A DNA stretch of 63,367 nucleotides, the filler included, from Octopus bimaculoides (lineage: Eukaryota): assembly GCF_001194135.2 (NCBI RefSeq). It is 4 parts of 4 records of this genome, joined end to end, with 100 filler letters (N's around TTAATTAATTAA, not from the genome) between each part and the next. Parts side by side here need not be neighbours in the genome. Positions count along the whole stretch, not along the records: positions 1 to 27,582 come from NC_068992.1; positions 27,683 to 55,488 come from NC_069006.1; 2 more parts are not named here. One strand, 5' to 3'. This document shows, piece by piece, positions 14,096 to 28,250 of this stretch. A program made the translations under genes and the position numbers. The notes beneath the pieces were generated by a model that saw only the letters and a program-made list of their open reading frames with translations, did not search any database and was not told the origin of the DNA. How positions within the stretch are numbered: the stretch's first letter is position 1; each line of letters starts with the position of its first letter.

Positions 14096-15812
14096 ATATC
14101 TTTGTATGTAAACACAACAGTATCTATAGATTCCAAGGATAGCAGCCAGAGCATAAATATTTAAGACCATAGGGAGTATTTTATAGGAGATTTGGTTGTT
14201 AATTCTTGCAGGTTGAGTGACTGTGTATTATGCTTCCTCATTAACTCCATTGACTGTGACCAGGGCTACATAGCAACAATGTCGACAGCAGCAATAACAA
14301 CAACCAGACCATAAATATTTTTCAATTATCTAAGATACAGAATACCACATGCTATAAAATAGATGTATAATAGGAAGCCTTTCAACAAAAGAAAGGCACA
14401 TAGCTTTGGATGAATTTCTATCAGAACACATCAAGACATATCAACATAATCAAGATTGCTTTGTCAACATCATCATCATCGTCATTATGCCCATTACTGA
14501 TACCTTGAAGGTAATGATGTAAGATCATATTAATTTAGGGTCTCTAGATGAAACAATAGTCAATGACATTGAATAGCTGTAATTGGTGTATTTTATGGTG
14601 TTTCTACATTTTTGTTTTATGTATTGATTCCTTCTGGATGTTCTGATTTCTCCAGAGACAGTCCATAATGCTGATGGAAGTCTGCTTAATCATGTACTGC
14701 CCAATAAAATTCCCTCTATTCGTTGTTAGCATTACATAATAATGACTTCATAACATCTCCAAACAATTCTCTATTGTAAAGCAAATTCAAAATTGAGTTG
14801 TTGTTGATTAGTTTCAGGTCAGTCAGACCTAAGAGAGCACGCCTATAATCCATGGAATTCCAACCTTGACCATCTCAACTTTTAAGAGCATATCTAGAAC
14901 TACAGTATGTGTGAAATTTAAGGAAGAATTCATTATTATTTCAAGCAAATTGAGTGATCATGTAAAGGCTCTCTCAGTTGGTGGTTTTTGTAACTGACAA
15001 AATTAAACTGTAAATAACTGAGGTTAGCTGTATCAACAGACAAACATTCGAGTTTCTCTAATATAATTGGGGATTAATATAATTTTAAAAAGCCAGATGA
15101 GTGTGGGGCATTGAAGTTGCTACAATGGTACAAATAAGGAAGCCTTTAGAACCTGCTAGGAAATTATGCAGTGTTAAGTGTGATCCATTGGAATATATAA
15201 GAAAAAAATAGTGAGGTGTCGAATTTTAGTTTTGACAAACTGGGTATTGATGGTAAAAGGTTGCAAATCACTGTGGAAGGAATACAATAAGGGTGTTATT
15301 CTTCTGCATTAATAAATGACAATCTGTCAAAATACTTTCATAGCTCGTTATCATCTTTCAGAGTGCAAACAAACTCAATGTTATATCGGCTCCTATTCTG
15401 CAAAGCAGTACTTCTGTCATTTATAGTGTTGGGATGTTTCATCTCACATATTCTTCATAGTATTGATCCCACTCTCTCTTCCTGCAACAGTATATGGTTA
15501 CTTCAACAAAAAGTTAGGGGTTGTTTTCTGATATATATATATATATATAGTGAAGTATATTTGCCACTTAAATGTGGCTGACCCCTAAGGGTGGATGTTA
15601 CTGTTGCTTTCAGCCCCAGGAGAACATCTCCTCCAGCTGGCCATCAACACACATCTGTGTTCTGTCCATATTTGCCAAAGGAAGCCATCCCTTCCATCTC
15701 GATCTGCGACACGCACGGACTCGAGTTTCAGGGTTATTTCCCTTCCTCAGCGCACGACAATCGCCGACCCTCGATGAGATACATATATACATATACATAT
15801 ATATATATATAC

Positions 15813-15869
<57 letters not shown>

Positions 15870-16443
15870 NNNNNNNNNNNNNNNNNNNNNNNNNNNNNNN
15901 NNNNNNNNNNNNNNNNNNNNNNNNNNNNNNNNNNNNNNNNNNNNNNNNNNNNNNNNNNNNNNNNNNNNNNNNNNNNNNNNNNNNNNNNNNNNNNNNNNNN
16001 NNNNNNNNNNNNNNNNNNNNNNNNNNNNNNNNNNNNNNNNNNNNNNNNNNNNNNNNNNNNNNNNNNNNNNNNNNNNNNNNNNNNNNNNNNNNNNNNNNNN
16101 NNNNNNNNNNNNNNNNNNNNNNNNNNNNNNNNNNNNNNNNNNNNNNNNNNNNNNNNNNNNNNNNNNNNNNNNNNNNNNNNNNNNNNNNNNNNNNNNNNNN
16201 NNNNNNNNNNNNNNNNNNNNNNNNNNNNNNNNNNNNNNNNNNNNNNNNNNNNNNNNNNNNNNNNNNNNNNNNNNNNNNNNNNNNNNNNNNNNNNNNNNNN
16301 NNNNNNNNNNNNNNNNNNNNNNNNNNNNNNNNNNNNNNNNNNNNNNNNNNNNNNNNNNNNNNNNNNNNNNNNNNNNNNNNNNNNNNNNNNNNNNNNNNNN
16401 NNNNNNNNNNNNNNNNNNNNNNNNNNNNNNNNNNNNNNNNNNN

Positions 16444-17121
16444 CTGACAATAATACAGCCCTGTCATGGTGTGACCCTTTTCAAGGTAATCGATCAGCAA
16501 GACACCTTGAGAATCCCAAAAAACGGACGCCATGACCTTGCCAGCTGAAGGAATGACCCTGGCCTTCTTTGGGGTAGGAGAAGATGTGTGCTTCCACTGC
16601 TTTGATTGTTCTTTGGTTTCAGGCTGGTAGTGATAGACCCAACTTTCGTCCATAGTAATGAAACGAGCAAGAAAATTCTCTTCATCAGCTTCAAACAGTT
16701 CCAGATTGCTCGTGGACAAAGTGCACCTGGTGAGTTTCTGTTCAGGAGTCAAAAGGCGAGGGACCCACCTTGCAGAAACCTTTGACAAACCAAGTTCTTT
16801 TGTCACAATGTTGTCTGCTCTTTCAGTTCAGATGCCCAGTCTCTCGGCTATCTGACGACATGATATTCAGCAATCTTGCATTATCATACCAAGAGCAAGG
16901 TCAAGGATGTCCTTGGTGGTTGCAGTTGGAGGTCTCCCTGGTCTTCGATCATCTTCCATACTCTTCCTGCCATGCTTGAATTCATTTACCCAGCGTTTGA
17001 CTGTTGCATATGAAGGAGCATTGTCTGTTAAGGTTCTCACCATATCTTCATGCATTTCAGATGGAGTCATGCCTTTCAAATGAAGGTACTTTCTGAGAGC
17101 ACAATACTCAGTTTTCTCCAT
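16444..17121 (-). pseudogene. Mariner transposase pseudogene; 3' part lost in the gap
   Basis: One frame with HTH (MEKTEY..WVNEFKHGR..GRPPTA), WVPRLLT, ITMDESWVYHY, GKVMASVFWDSQGV. Two in-frame TGA stops between 16807 and 16869. Confidence 0.92.
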
Positions 17122-17171
17122 TTTCCTTGTAAATTCAAAGCTTGTTTATTCAAAAATCTGCATATATTTAT

Positions 17172-17312
17172 AACTATATACACATATCTATGTCTATATA
17201 CACATATCTATGTCTATAAACACATACCCATGTCTATATACACATATCTATATCTATATACACATATTTATATCTATATACACATATCTATATCTATATA
17301 TATACACACATA
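17172..17312. repeat. 20-bp tandem repeat (ATATACACATATCTATGTCT, about 6 copies)
   Basis: Directly visible. Confidence 0.85.
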
Positions 17313-18481
17313 AATATNNNNNNNNNNNNNNNNNNNNNNNNNNNNNNNNNNNNNNNNNNNNNNNNNNNNNNNNNNNNNNNNNNNNNNNNNNNNNNNNNNN
17401 NNNNNNNNNNNNNNNNNAAAAAAAATTTTTTTTTTTTTTTTAAATATATATATATATTTATTCTTTGGTACATATAGAGATTGTTTATAATTAATATTAT
17501 GAAAATTAAAATAAAATTAACCAAAGTCTATGAGTATGTTTCAAAATATTTTATTGTTGTTTAGTTGTAGTTCGATCCCAAGTAAACAGACCTGGGACTA
17601 CAGATCTTACATCTTTGACAAGTCTTTCTTTTAATCAGATGTAGTATATCTAAGACTAAGCTTCCTGACAGATTCTCATGACAAGAATAATTAATGTTAG
17701 TCATTTAATTGCTGAAAAGCAACCCCAAAACAATATAGATAGAGGCACAGGCATAGACATGTTAAGAAATTTGCTTTTCAACCACATTCGAATGGTGCTT
17801 TTTACGTGCCACTAGCACGGGTGCCAATCATGTGGTACTGTTATTGGCGATGACGACTTCACTTGACTCAACAGATCTTCACAAGNNNNNNNNNNCTTCA
17901 CTTGACTCAACAGATCTTCACAAGCACAGTTTATTGCCCAATGATTGAAGCATACTCTTAAATGGGCTGGTTATGCTGCACTGGCATATGCCACGGTTAT
18001 GATCTCATTTGGCTTGCCGGGTCGATTGACTAAAACACATGAAAGCAGTTCCACAGCATCACCACAGTCCATTGATTGAAGCCTGTAAAAGAATAAAATA
18101 TAAAAATAAGGTTATGCGTCTTTAAAGTGTACTATTTTTCTAGTTTTATATACATAAAGTGTCCTAAAGCCTATATGAAATTGTTAACCATAGTAAAGAA
18201 ATTTCATTCAATCTGGAGTTAATGTATAATTTTTTTCCATGTTCATAATTAAATAAATATTTTAATGATTATACAGACGTCCAACAGAATAGCTTTCAGA
18301 AACAGACTACGTACAAATTCTTTCTTCACAACTCCTGAAGCCATTTTCTGACTAGAGGTTGATGAAATCTTCAAACAGCTATAGGCTCCAATCAAAATAG
18401 GGAACCCGAAATGATAAGGTTGAGAAACGCTGTTATAGATTATGCCTAACCGAAAACGATCACAGCCACATCATCCAAACA

Positions 18482-18510
18482 GGCCGGGTGAAACCGGGTT
18501 TAGCTGCTAG
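18482..18510 (+). mobile_element. Helitron-type 3' terminus
   Basis: Imperfect GC hairpin CCGGGT-GAA-ACCGGG at 18484-18498, then CTAG at 18507-18510 followed by T. Confidence 0.65.
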
Positions 18511-18542
18511 TATATCTATATACATACATATATGTACATACA

Positions 18543-18582
<40 letters not shown>

Positions 18583-21500
18583 TGCATATGTGGGCACAGG
18601 ACATCATGAAATGTGTACAACAACAAAAATACGAAGTATGAGTACATGGAATATGAACTATTTTTTCNNNNNNNNNNNNNNNNNNNNNNNNNNNNNNNNN
18701 NNNNNNNNNNNNNNNNNNNNNNNNNNNNNNNNNNNNNNNNNNNNNNNNNNNNNNNNNNNNNNNNNNNNNNNNNNNNNNNNNNNNNNNNNNNNNNNNNNNN
18801 NNNNNNNNNNNNNNNNNNNNNNNNNNNNNNNNNNNNNNNNNNNNNNNNNNNNNNNNNNNNNNNNNNNNNNNNNNNNNNNNNNNNNNNNNNNNNNNNNNNN
18901 NNNNNNNNNNNNNNNNNNNNNNNNNNNNNNNNNNNNNNNNNNNNNNNNNNNNNNNNNNNNNNNNNNNNNNNNNNNNNNNNNNNNNNNNNNNNNNNNNNNN
19001 NNNNNNNNNNNNNNNNNNNNNNNNNNNNNNNNNNNNNNNNNNNNNNNNNNNNNNNNNNNNNNNNNNNNNNNNNNNNNNNNNNNNNNNNNNNNNNNNNNNN
19101 NNNNNNNNNNNNNNNNNNNNNNNNNNNNNNNNNNNNNNNNNNNNNNNNNNNNNNNNNNNNNNNNNNNNNNNNNNNNNNNNNNNNNNNNNNNNNNNNNNNN
19201 NNNNNNNNNNNNNNNNNNNNNNNNNNNNNNNNNNNNNNNNNNNNNNNNNNNNNNNNNNNNNNNNNNNNNNNNNNNNNNNNNNNNNNNNNNNNNNNNNNNN
19301 NNNNNNNNNNNNNNNNNNNNNNNNNNNNNNNNNNNNNNNNNNNNNNNNNNNNNNNNNNNNNNNNNNNNNNNNNNNNNNNNNNNNNNNNNNNNNNNNNNNN
19401 NNNNNNNNNNNNNNNNNNNNNNNNNNNNNNNNNNNNNNNNNNNTTACTATTTTCTCTCCTCTCCTTCACTCCTACTGCGTGAATTTGGACAAATATATAT
19501 ATATATATATATATATACATACACACACACACACAAATATATAAAAACACTACGCTCATTATATTAGGAGATATTACATTAATTATTATATTATCAATTG
19601 GTTTAGTAACACACTTCAAAATAGCAAATTTTAATATTTAAAATTACCAGACAAATCCAGAATATAATCAATAGAAATAACTTAACAACTGAGCAACCAT
19701 TTTCACTACGATTGCTATAAAGACTTAAGCTGCATCTGTTTTAAAATATTTGCTGTAATTTTGTTACTTGATGCATTCAGTCGGTAAATAAATCTTTAAA
19801 CTATTAACGATTCTAACTAAAATAGTTCTTACAAAATACTTTTGTGATCTAAATTCGTTTCATCGAGACATTGCATCCTTTAAAACCTCCATGCTTCCTG
19901 AAATTCACCAACACTACACCTGATATCCCCACCTCCATATGCATGCGCACACGTTTCTCATGACTCATACACTGTTCACTTTTATACATAATTCCATGTA
20001 CTGTACTTTGATGAGTTGTAGTGCACCTAAGCACTATACAGAATAATTTCATTATCATTATTATTACTTATAAAAATAGCATAAGAGATACTCTTATTTA
20101 TTTTAACAGAAACATTCACACAATTTTCATGCCATTTGAATTTGATAAAGCTTTTGATTAATACAAGACATTACTTATGTGTTAAGGTGGTATTAAGTGG
20201 ATGGCATAAAAATTTCCTAGTTAGGGCACAAATCAACAATTATTTTTTTCTCATAGACAGAATTAAACTCTGTATTGCAAACCAACAACTCATTCATTCA
20301 TAATATACTCTGGCAGATTTAAACATGACTAAGCTAATCATTGTTGCACTTCATTGGAGAACACCTTCTCCTTCAGATGAATGTGTTTGTAATATTCTCA
20401 ATTCATTAGGATGAGAAGACTTTGAGACAATTAGTGTCTTGGCCTTGTTGTGTCTCATCATCTCAAACTACCCCACGCTAACGAATCTAACAAGGATCTT
20501 TGGCTTTTGTTTATAAATTCAGCAAAACAATTATTTGCTGATGCTTGCTGATATCAACAATAAATTATCTTGTTCATGGTGAACAGTGAGAATCAGAATA
20601 GGTTATTAGCATATCTGTGTTTGAATCTGCCAGAGAATATTAAGAATGAATATATATTCAACTGATCTGGTTCTTGCTGTTCACCATGCACACATGATAA
20701 TTCATTTAACTCATTTGTTGTTTTTACAGTATTTTTGTTTCTAACAGTGACACCAAATGCCATCTGAATGGATTGGTCCTTTGTACATCTACATTGATGT
20801 ACATTGTCCAGTTTATCCTATTTTATTTAAGATGTTACTATGTGCTTTGAGAAAGATTTGGCTGCTATTTCTAACAGATTGATTGACTGCATAGAGGCCT
20901 TTTTGTTTATTCTAGTTGGTTCATTGAAAAGAAAATATAATTACAAAGTTTATCAACATTTTTTAATGTGTTCCACTTATACATCACTAAATTGCATTAT
21001 AAATATATTTATATTTTGTGCGCTTCTCTCTCTCTCAACATTTTCTTCAGCTCTTCACTTTCAAGTTCATTTTTGTTTTCAAATTTTAATCAAAAAGGCA
21101 CAAGAGCTAATATTGTCTTTGGAAAGCATTTTTTCATTACAGCTCTTGGAACATTTAGATATCAAACTTTGTTTAAATATAAATTCATCAAAGTTTCATT
21201 TAATGCATCATTATAAAAAAAAAACCATCACTTTATATTTTGCAATCTTTGAATCTACAAAAATAAATAAAATTAAATTCAATTAATCTTCAAAAGATTC
21301 TGTCTGGAAAATTACATTGTTGTTAATCTTATGAACATGTTAATATTGTCTTTGTGTGTTTATATTATAAATACTGAGCATATTTTTGACTTAAATCTTT
21401 AAATGAGTTGTTGTAACTGTTAATAAGATTATAATTTTTCAGATTATTAACTTCATCTTTGGAGATGAATTTTTTTTCAATATTTACATTCTACATTAAC

Positions 21501-24181
21501 TTCTATCTTGTGATGTTAGAGTGTTGGACAAAATACCTTGCATTATTTATTTACAGTTCTTTATATTATGAGTTTAAACACTATCAAGATCAATAAAATA
21601 AAATACCAGTCACAAACTAGTATCAGTGTTATCAATTGTGCTCCACACCAAAATCTGACACTTTGTGCCATGGATAGAAATCAAATGGGAAGGTGCAAGG
21701 TTTAATGGTTAGTGTTTTTGGTTCACAATCTTAAGGTTATGAACTCGATTCCCTGTGTGTGTTGTTACATTCAGCAGGTCATGCTGAATCTCCCTGAATC
21801 TACATTTAGGTTAAACATGTCTGTGGAGCACTCAGTCATTTTCCCCTGATCGAATCAACTGGAATGTTTGTCTTCATAACCAACAGAGTGCCCAGTCACA
21901 AGTCAAATACTTAAATCTAAATTACATTTTTATAGGTTTGAATCCCAATTGTCATCAGTTGTCTCATTACTAGATATGTCCATAGCACCAGACGAGAGCC
22001 AAACTAGATTAACAAGCATCATCATGTGTAAATGGTTGAGTATAGATGACTACTACTACTATTACTACTACTACACTTAGTTTAGAAATAAAGGTTTCTA
22101 ATTTGAAAGTTGTTTGGTAAAAACTGTACATATCCACGAATATGGCACCTGATAATGATTAGAGATCAAACTGATTGAAATGTAATGTAGATAGATATGT
22201 TTTTTAAAATGTTTCATCTCTGAACATGGGGTGTAATAATTGGAGATATTATAATAATTTTTTTTTTTTAATATTTTTTCAGGACCACGAAATGAAAAAA
22301 ACCATCAGAAAACTTCAAGTTCAGAAAGATCTACGACCATCTCCAGGAAATGGTGGATAGTATTTGGATTTATGTCATTATTATATCAAAACGGTGTCAC
22401 ATTTTTAGAACCATAACTAAGTACATTGACTAGTTTTTGAAAATATTTAACTTTCAGACTAGAAGAATTGAAGACAGAATCAGACTGACATATCAGGCTA
22501 TCTGCAAATATGAATATCAGGAAGAATAAGAACTGAAATGATGAAAGGGATACAGCAAATTTCATTTCCTCATTTTTTTTTTTTGTTTTTTTTTTTTGTT
22601 ACTAAATATAAAAAGAATTAAATTCTAATTATAAATACTAGAAATTAACTATTTATTAACATTCTTGGGAAAAAAGGTTAATAACTAACAAACCAATGCA
22701 TCATGGATTCTTCACAATGATTATAAAGCAGAGAATAAAGCATCATTGAACATCAGTGATGAGAAATAAATGGTCTTCAGATACTGAAATGACCAGCACT
22801 TGAGAGAAAGACTGTAGTCAATGGAATAAGAAACAACAGATTCTTTTGGGCAGGAGTTTAGTTGAACTGAAGATAAAGAAGGAATTGAAACCCCAATGAA
22901 AAAAAATAATAAAATGAATGAGAATGTTTTGTAAAAAAAAAAAAAAATAAATAAAAGGAAACAACTGGCGAGAGAGACAAAAGATTTGTTTGAAATATGG
23001 AAAATGAAGAATTGATCAAATGAGAGAAACCAGTAACATCCTAGAAATATTACTTCATCTGTTTTCATGACCGATGGAATCACAGATTGAGATACAGTAG
23101 CAGAATTCAGAAATATGAAATTTTTTTTAGATAACTCTGCTACATATTTCCCCATAATGGTGGCCAATATCTTTTTTCTTCTTGTTATTCAGCAGGACTA
23201 TTTTCAAAAGAAAAAAAAATTTAAAAAAAAAGAATTTTTTGAAAACAACTTATTTGGAGAAAAAAAAATTAACAAAAAAAATTTACCAAAAAAAAAGGTA
23301 AAAAAAAATCCAACTCACGAGAACCAACAGGGTCTGTTGGTGTCTGATTATGTGTGTTTATATCTGTATGTATGGTTATAGTTAGCTAAATCTGCAAGTG
23401 CATGTGTGTACATATGTGTGAGTGTGTGTATGAGTGGTATGCATGAGTGTGTGTGCACATACAGGTGTTTGTACATATGTGAAATTTATTCAGATGATAG
23501 CATATGACCAGTGGGTTTCTCCTTCTCCTCCTCCTCCTCCTTGTACTCCTACTCCTACTCCTTCCTGTTTATAGTTTTTCTTAACATTTGGTTAAATGCA
23601 AAACGACTGACCACCAACACATAAATATCAATGTACGTCTATATGTCTGTCTGACTGTCTATCTATCCATCTATCTATCCATAATAGCTCTCTATCTACC
23701 TAACAATTCTCAATATTTATTTCTACACATGCAAACAGATACATACACTGGCTTACACTCATGCACTTACACACACACACACACATTCGCACTCATGCAC
23801 ACATGTGATATCTCTCATTGCAACTGGTTATTATTTTAGTTGACTGTACTGTTACTGTTATAGATTTTTTTGTTGTATTTTTTTATGGTGGTGGGGGCAA
23901 GAGTGAAAAAAAGAAAGACGAAGAAGAAGAAGAAGTAAATTTATCTTGAATTCATTTCAGAATGAAAGAACACCTTAACAAAAAAGAGCATACATGCCAA
24001 CTTTATGCGTGTATGTACACAGACAGACACCGTGCATGCATTAACTGAAGGTAATATATACAAAATTTAGGTAACATACAAAACATTAAAAATAAAATTT
24101 CATCAGATACATTTTTATATATCCATATATGAAGCCCTGAACATGTATATGTATGCATGTTTTTAAGTAGGTCTGAGTATG

Positions 24182-24232
<51 letters not shown>

Positions 24233-24454
24233 GTTTATACATGCATAAATGTCATGTATATATATATATATATATATAAATATATATATACACATGCATA
24301 TATATTTGCACACACATAATCATATATACATACACAAACATACAAATATATGTGTATGTATATGCGCAAATATATGTATACATATAGGTATGTTTGTGTG
24401 TAGATATATGCATATATGTGTGTGTGTGTGTGCATGTTTGAGCATGTGTGTGTA

Positions 24455-24491
<37 letters not shown>

Positions 24492-24504
24492 TTANNNNNN
24501 NNNN

Positions 24505-24555
<51 letters not shown>

Positions 24556-24979
24556 GCAGTGGCATCAATTAGTTTAAAGCCAAGAGTATAATGACAGATG
24601 ATAAAATTTTATTTCTGTTTATTTAATCAATTTCCATTCAAACTATGAATTTTTATTGAATACTTAACCTTTTAAATAGCATTAGTTTTTACATGAAACT
24701 TTTTAATTTGCTCAAAGAAATTATTTATATTATGAATAATACCCCTGAGAGCAAATCTCATTTAATTTAAGAAATTTTAAAGCTTATCAATTTTTCTTTT
24801 CTTCTTTATCAAGAAAATGTAATAAATGCATTTTACAAAGAAAGTTGTTTAACACTAATGCTTGGTGATGTACCTGAAAGTTTTCAAAACAGAAATACAT
24901 CTATGAAGTATTGGATGCATAACCCATATTTTGATTGTATAATCATATAATTCACTCCATTTTCCTGGATTTTCGTTGT

Positions 24980-25660
24980 TGCATACTCATGTCAACACAT
25001 TTCCATGAGTTTTCATTTGGATTCAGGTTCAAATCTGTGCCAACCACTACAGTACTTGGGTTTTCTTTCTTGATTATTCCTGTAGTCCTGTTTTGAATTG
25101 TCATTTTGCTGAAAAATTCACAATTGACCCAAATGGTTCTTGGGATACGGAATCATTGTCTTCTTGAGGATTTCCAGATAGACTATCCTGGTCATGACAC
25201 CGTTAATTTGATGTATGGGACTGACCCTTTTCCAGGCATGTGGCCCTAAACAATAGTATTGCCACTACTATGGTTGACTTCCAGATTTATGCACTGATGG
25301 TGTATGTCTTCTGTTGTACAATGTCGATGTACACTTGACCATCAAAGTCAAAGAAATTGAATCTTGACTCATCTTACTATCAGATGCATGACCAACTTCG
25401 TGGTACTTAATTCTTATGCTTCCCAGCAGACTGAATGCCGGCATTCTCTTTTTTTCTATGCAACATCCCCCGTCATCCCAAGCTGATTTTGTCAAATGTC
25501 ATTCAAAATGATGACAATAGTAATTTTCCTGGTCTTTACTGACTAAGAGCATAAGTTTGTCAGTCCATCCTTGCAGTGTCTGCAGTGGATCTGATCAAAA
25601 ACGTTTTGGATAGTCTTCAATTCCATTGAAGATATTTTTAACATAATGTTACTGAACATC
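24980..25660 (-). mobile_element. Tc1 transposase remnant
   Basis: IHQINGVMTRIVYLEILKKTMIPY..IFQQN..LNPNENSWK resembles the Tc1 DDE domain; many stops and frameshifts. Confidence 0.7.
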
Positions 25661-26600
25661 CAACTTCAAGCAGCTATTGCTCAAGAAATCCTTTTCAGTA
25701 TATGAAGTAGGGACAATAATGTTACATGTCTCAGATAATAGTAATAATAATGAACTTTTGTATACAGTGCTCAAATCTGCTCCTACTCCTAAGAAAAGGG
25801 TAAAAGAGAGAGGACAGAATGCAGCAGTATGTCGAGCAAAGAAAGACAGCAACGAAAGCCAAAACTGCATGCACAGTGCATCAGGTAAAACACACACACA
25901 AAAAAAACCCCCAGAAATGTGAGCAGACAAAGCACAATAAAGAGGAATATACGTCACAACTGTTGGCAAATTTCAGAAAACATGGAATTTTTTAAGGATG
26001 CGTAATGGTTTTAACAACCAATACAAGTAGCTTATTACATGCTTCAACGGTTCTGGGTGTGATGTTAAGTTTTTTTTTACATTTTATACATCACAACAGA
26101 TCTTAAGATGATATCGCCAAGTAGTTATGAATTGTTTGTCTTATTTAGATGATAATATTGAATATTAAGGTTAAAATACATTTTCTAAAATGTTCTTAAA
26201 TTTAATGAAGCTCATTTTTATGGTTTTATTAATACCATCAATGATTACATTATGTGAGGGGAAATTTTCATGTCTAAATTTACATCATTTAAAAGAGTGA
26301 AAAAAAAAACTTTCTTTTATCATATACAGTATCAACTATAAATGATTAAATAAACAGAAATAATAACTCTTTAATCATCAATATACTTTTTCCTAATTTT
26401 TAAAATAAGCACTGCCACAATATATATATATACATACATACATACATATATATACATGCACAGTTATATACGTAAATATGTGTGTGTGCATGTGTGTATA
26501 TACATATATATATCTATATACACACATACAAATATATATATATACATACAAATATATATGTATATATATATATATGCATATACAAATACATATATACATA

Positions 26601-26676
<76 letters not shown>

Positions 26677-27329
26677 CACACAGACATGTATATATTTACA
26701 CAAATATATGTGTATGTATGTATATAAATACATATGTACATGCGAGCACAAACAAGTAAGTATATGCATGCATACATACATATACATGTATATAAACATG
26801 CATAAATAAAACCCTAGTGATCGAAATTCAGAAAACAGACTACAAAATCATACAACAAACATCAAACAACCACAACCAACCAAAATATATATATATATAT
26901 ATAATTAAATAAAGTAAATACAACCTAAGTTTCTTTTAGAAACTTCTAATGGTTAATAACCCTTCCCATATTTGTTGTTATATTTTTCTCTGTAGCGGGA
27001 GGAAACTTTACACTTGCATTGTTAACACCGAGTTAATGGTTGGAATATTTCATGAAGAAAAATTTAGCCTTGTACACACAAGCCCAAAAATTAAGCATAC
27101 TGACAATTGGTTGGGTATCTTAAATGTTTTCATTCTTTTTATTAAAATCATGATAATTTTGTAATTAATGCCATCACTATTGTTATCATTGTTACTGTTA
27201 TCATCTTCATTAACTTTACATATATGTGTGTGTATGTGTATATATATTATATATACACACACACACACACATAGATCTGGTGTTCTTGATCAAATAATGT
27301 AACGAAGAACTCATTTTTAATGCACAGTA

Positions 27330-27380
<51 letters not shown>

Positions 27381-27383
<3 letters not shown>

Positions 27384-27582
27384 GTGGAGGGAAATAAATA
27401 TTCGTACATGTCAAAATTCTTTATTTATTTAATTTCTAATGAACATAAATGGGATATACCAATACTATATTTGCATACACATGCATAAACTAAGAATGTG
27501 CAAAAGAAACTAATAAATTATAGTAACTAATGAATTTATTTACAATTATAAATATTTAGGGGTGAAAAAAGTATTCGTACAG
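27381..27582 (+). mobile_element. Tc1-type long terminal repeat end with an internal direct repeat (IR/DR-like)
   Basis: CAGTGGAGGGAAATAAATATTCGTACA at the start and AAAAAAGTATTCGTACAG about 175 bp later, then a gap. Confidence 0.55.
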
Positions 27583-27926
27583 NNNNNNNNNNNNNNNNNN
27601 NNNNNNNNNNNNNNNNNNNNNNNNNNTTAATTAATTAANNNNNNNNNNNNNNNNNNNNNNNNNNNNNNNNNNNNNNNNNNNNTATATATATATATATATA
27701 TATATAGTCCTGTTTCTTTGTATACATTAAAGAAAGAAAATGTACAAAATAATCTCGCTATAGGTTTTGTCTGGTCTTAGTCTATGATTATCTTGTACTG
27801 TTCTAGGAATGCATTCTTACCTGTAATCTTAATTTTTACATTTACTTAAAATAGTTGAGAAAATTCACAAAAAATTAAAATCAAATAAATATAAATGTAA
27901 TGAAAATTGTGTATGTGTTTTGTTAC

Positions 27927-27957
<31 letters not shown>

Positions 27958-28250
27958 CATACATAGCTATATATATGTACATATATGTTTATATACACAT
28001 ATATAGGTAGATAAATACATACATATATAAATATACATATATATACATACTTATACATACATACATATATATATATATGCACACACACACAAATTTGTCC
28101 AAATATGTATATATTCCTTTTTCAGTTTGATGTATAATTTTTTTGAATGAGAAAATGGTGTGGCACCTTTCTGATTTTCAATTCTTTAAATCAAAATAGA
28201 AAAAAAAAACATTTCAAAATGTTTTTTTTAAGTGAGGACATTTTGATGGT

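Noticed and set aside
17857-17925. Direct duplication CTTCACTTGACTCAACAGATCTTCACAAG on both sides of a 10-N gap
   Set aside because: Unmerged contig overlap rather than a real repeat.
19849-20058. Possible GIY-YIG fragment
   Set aside because: Similarity too weak to support by eye.
22721-23167. 148-aa minus-strand ORF
   Set aside because: F/L-rich product of A-rich sequence with no recognisable domain.
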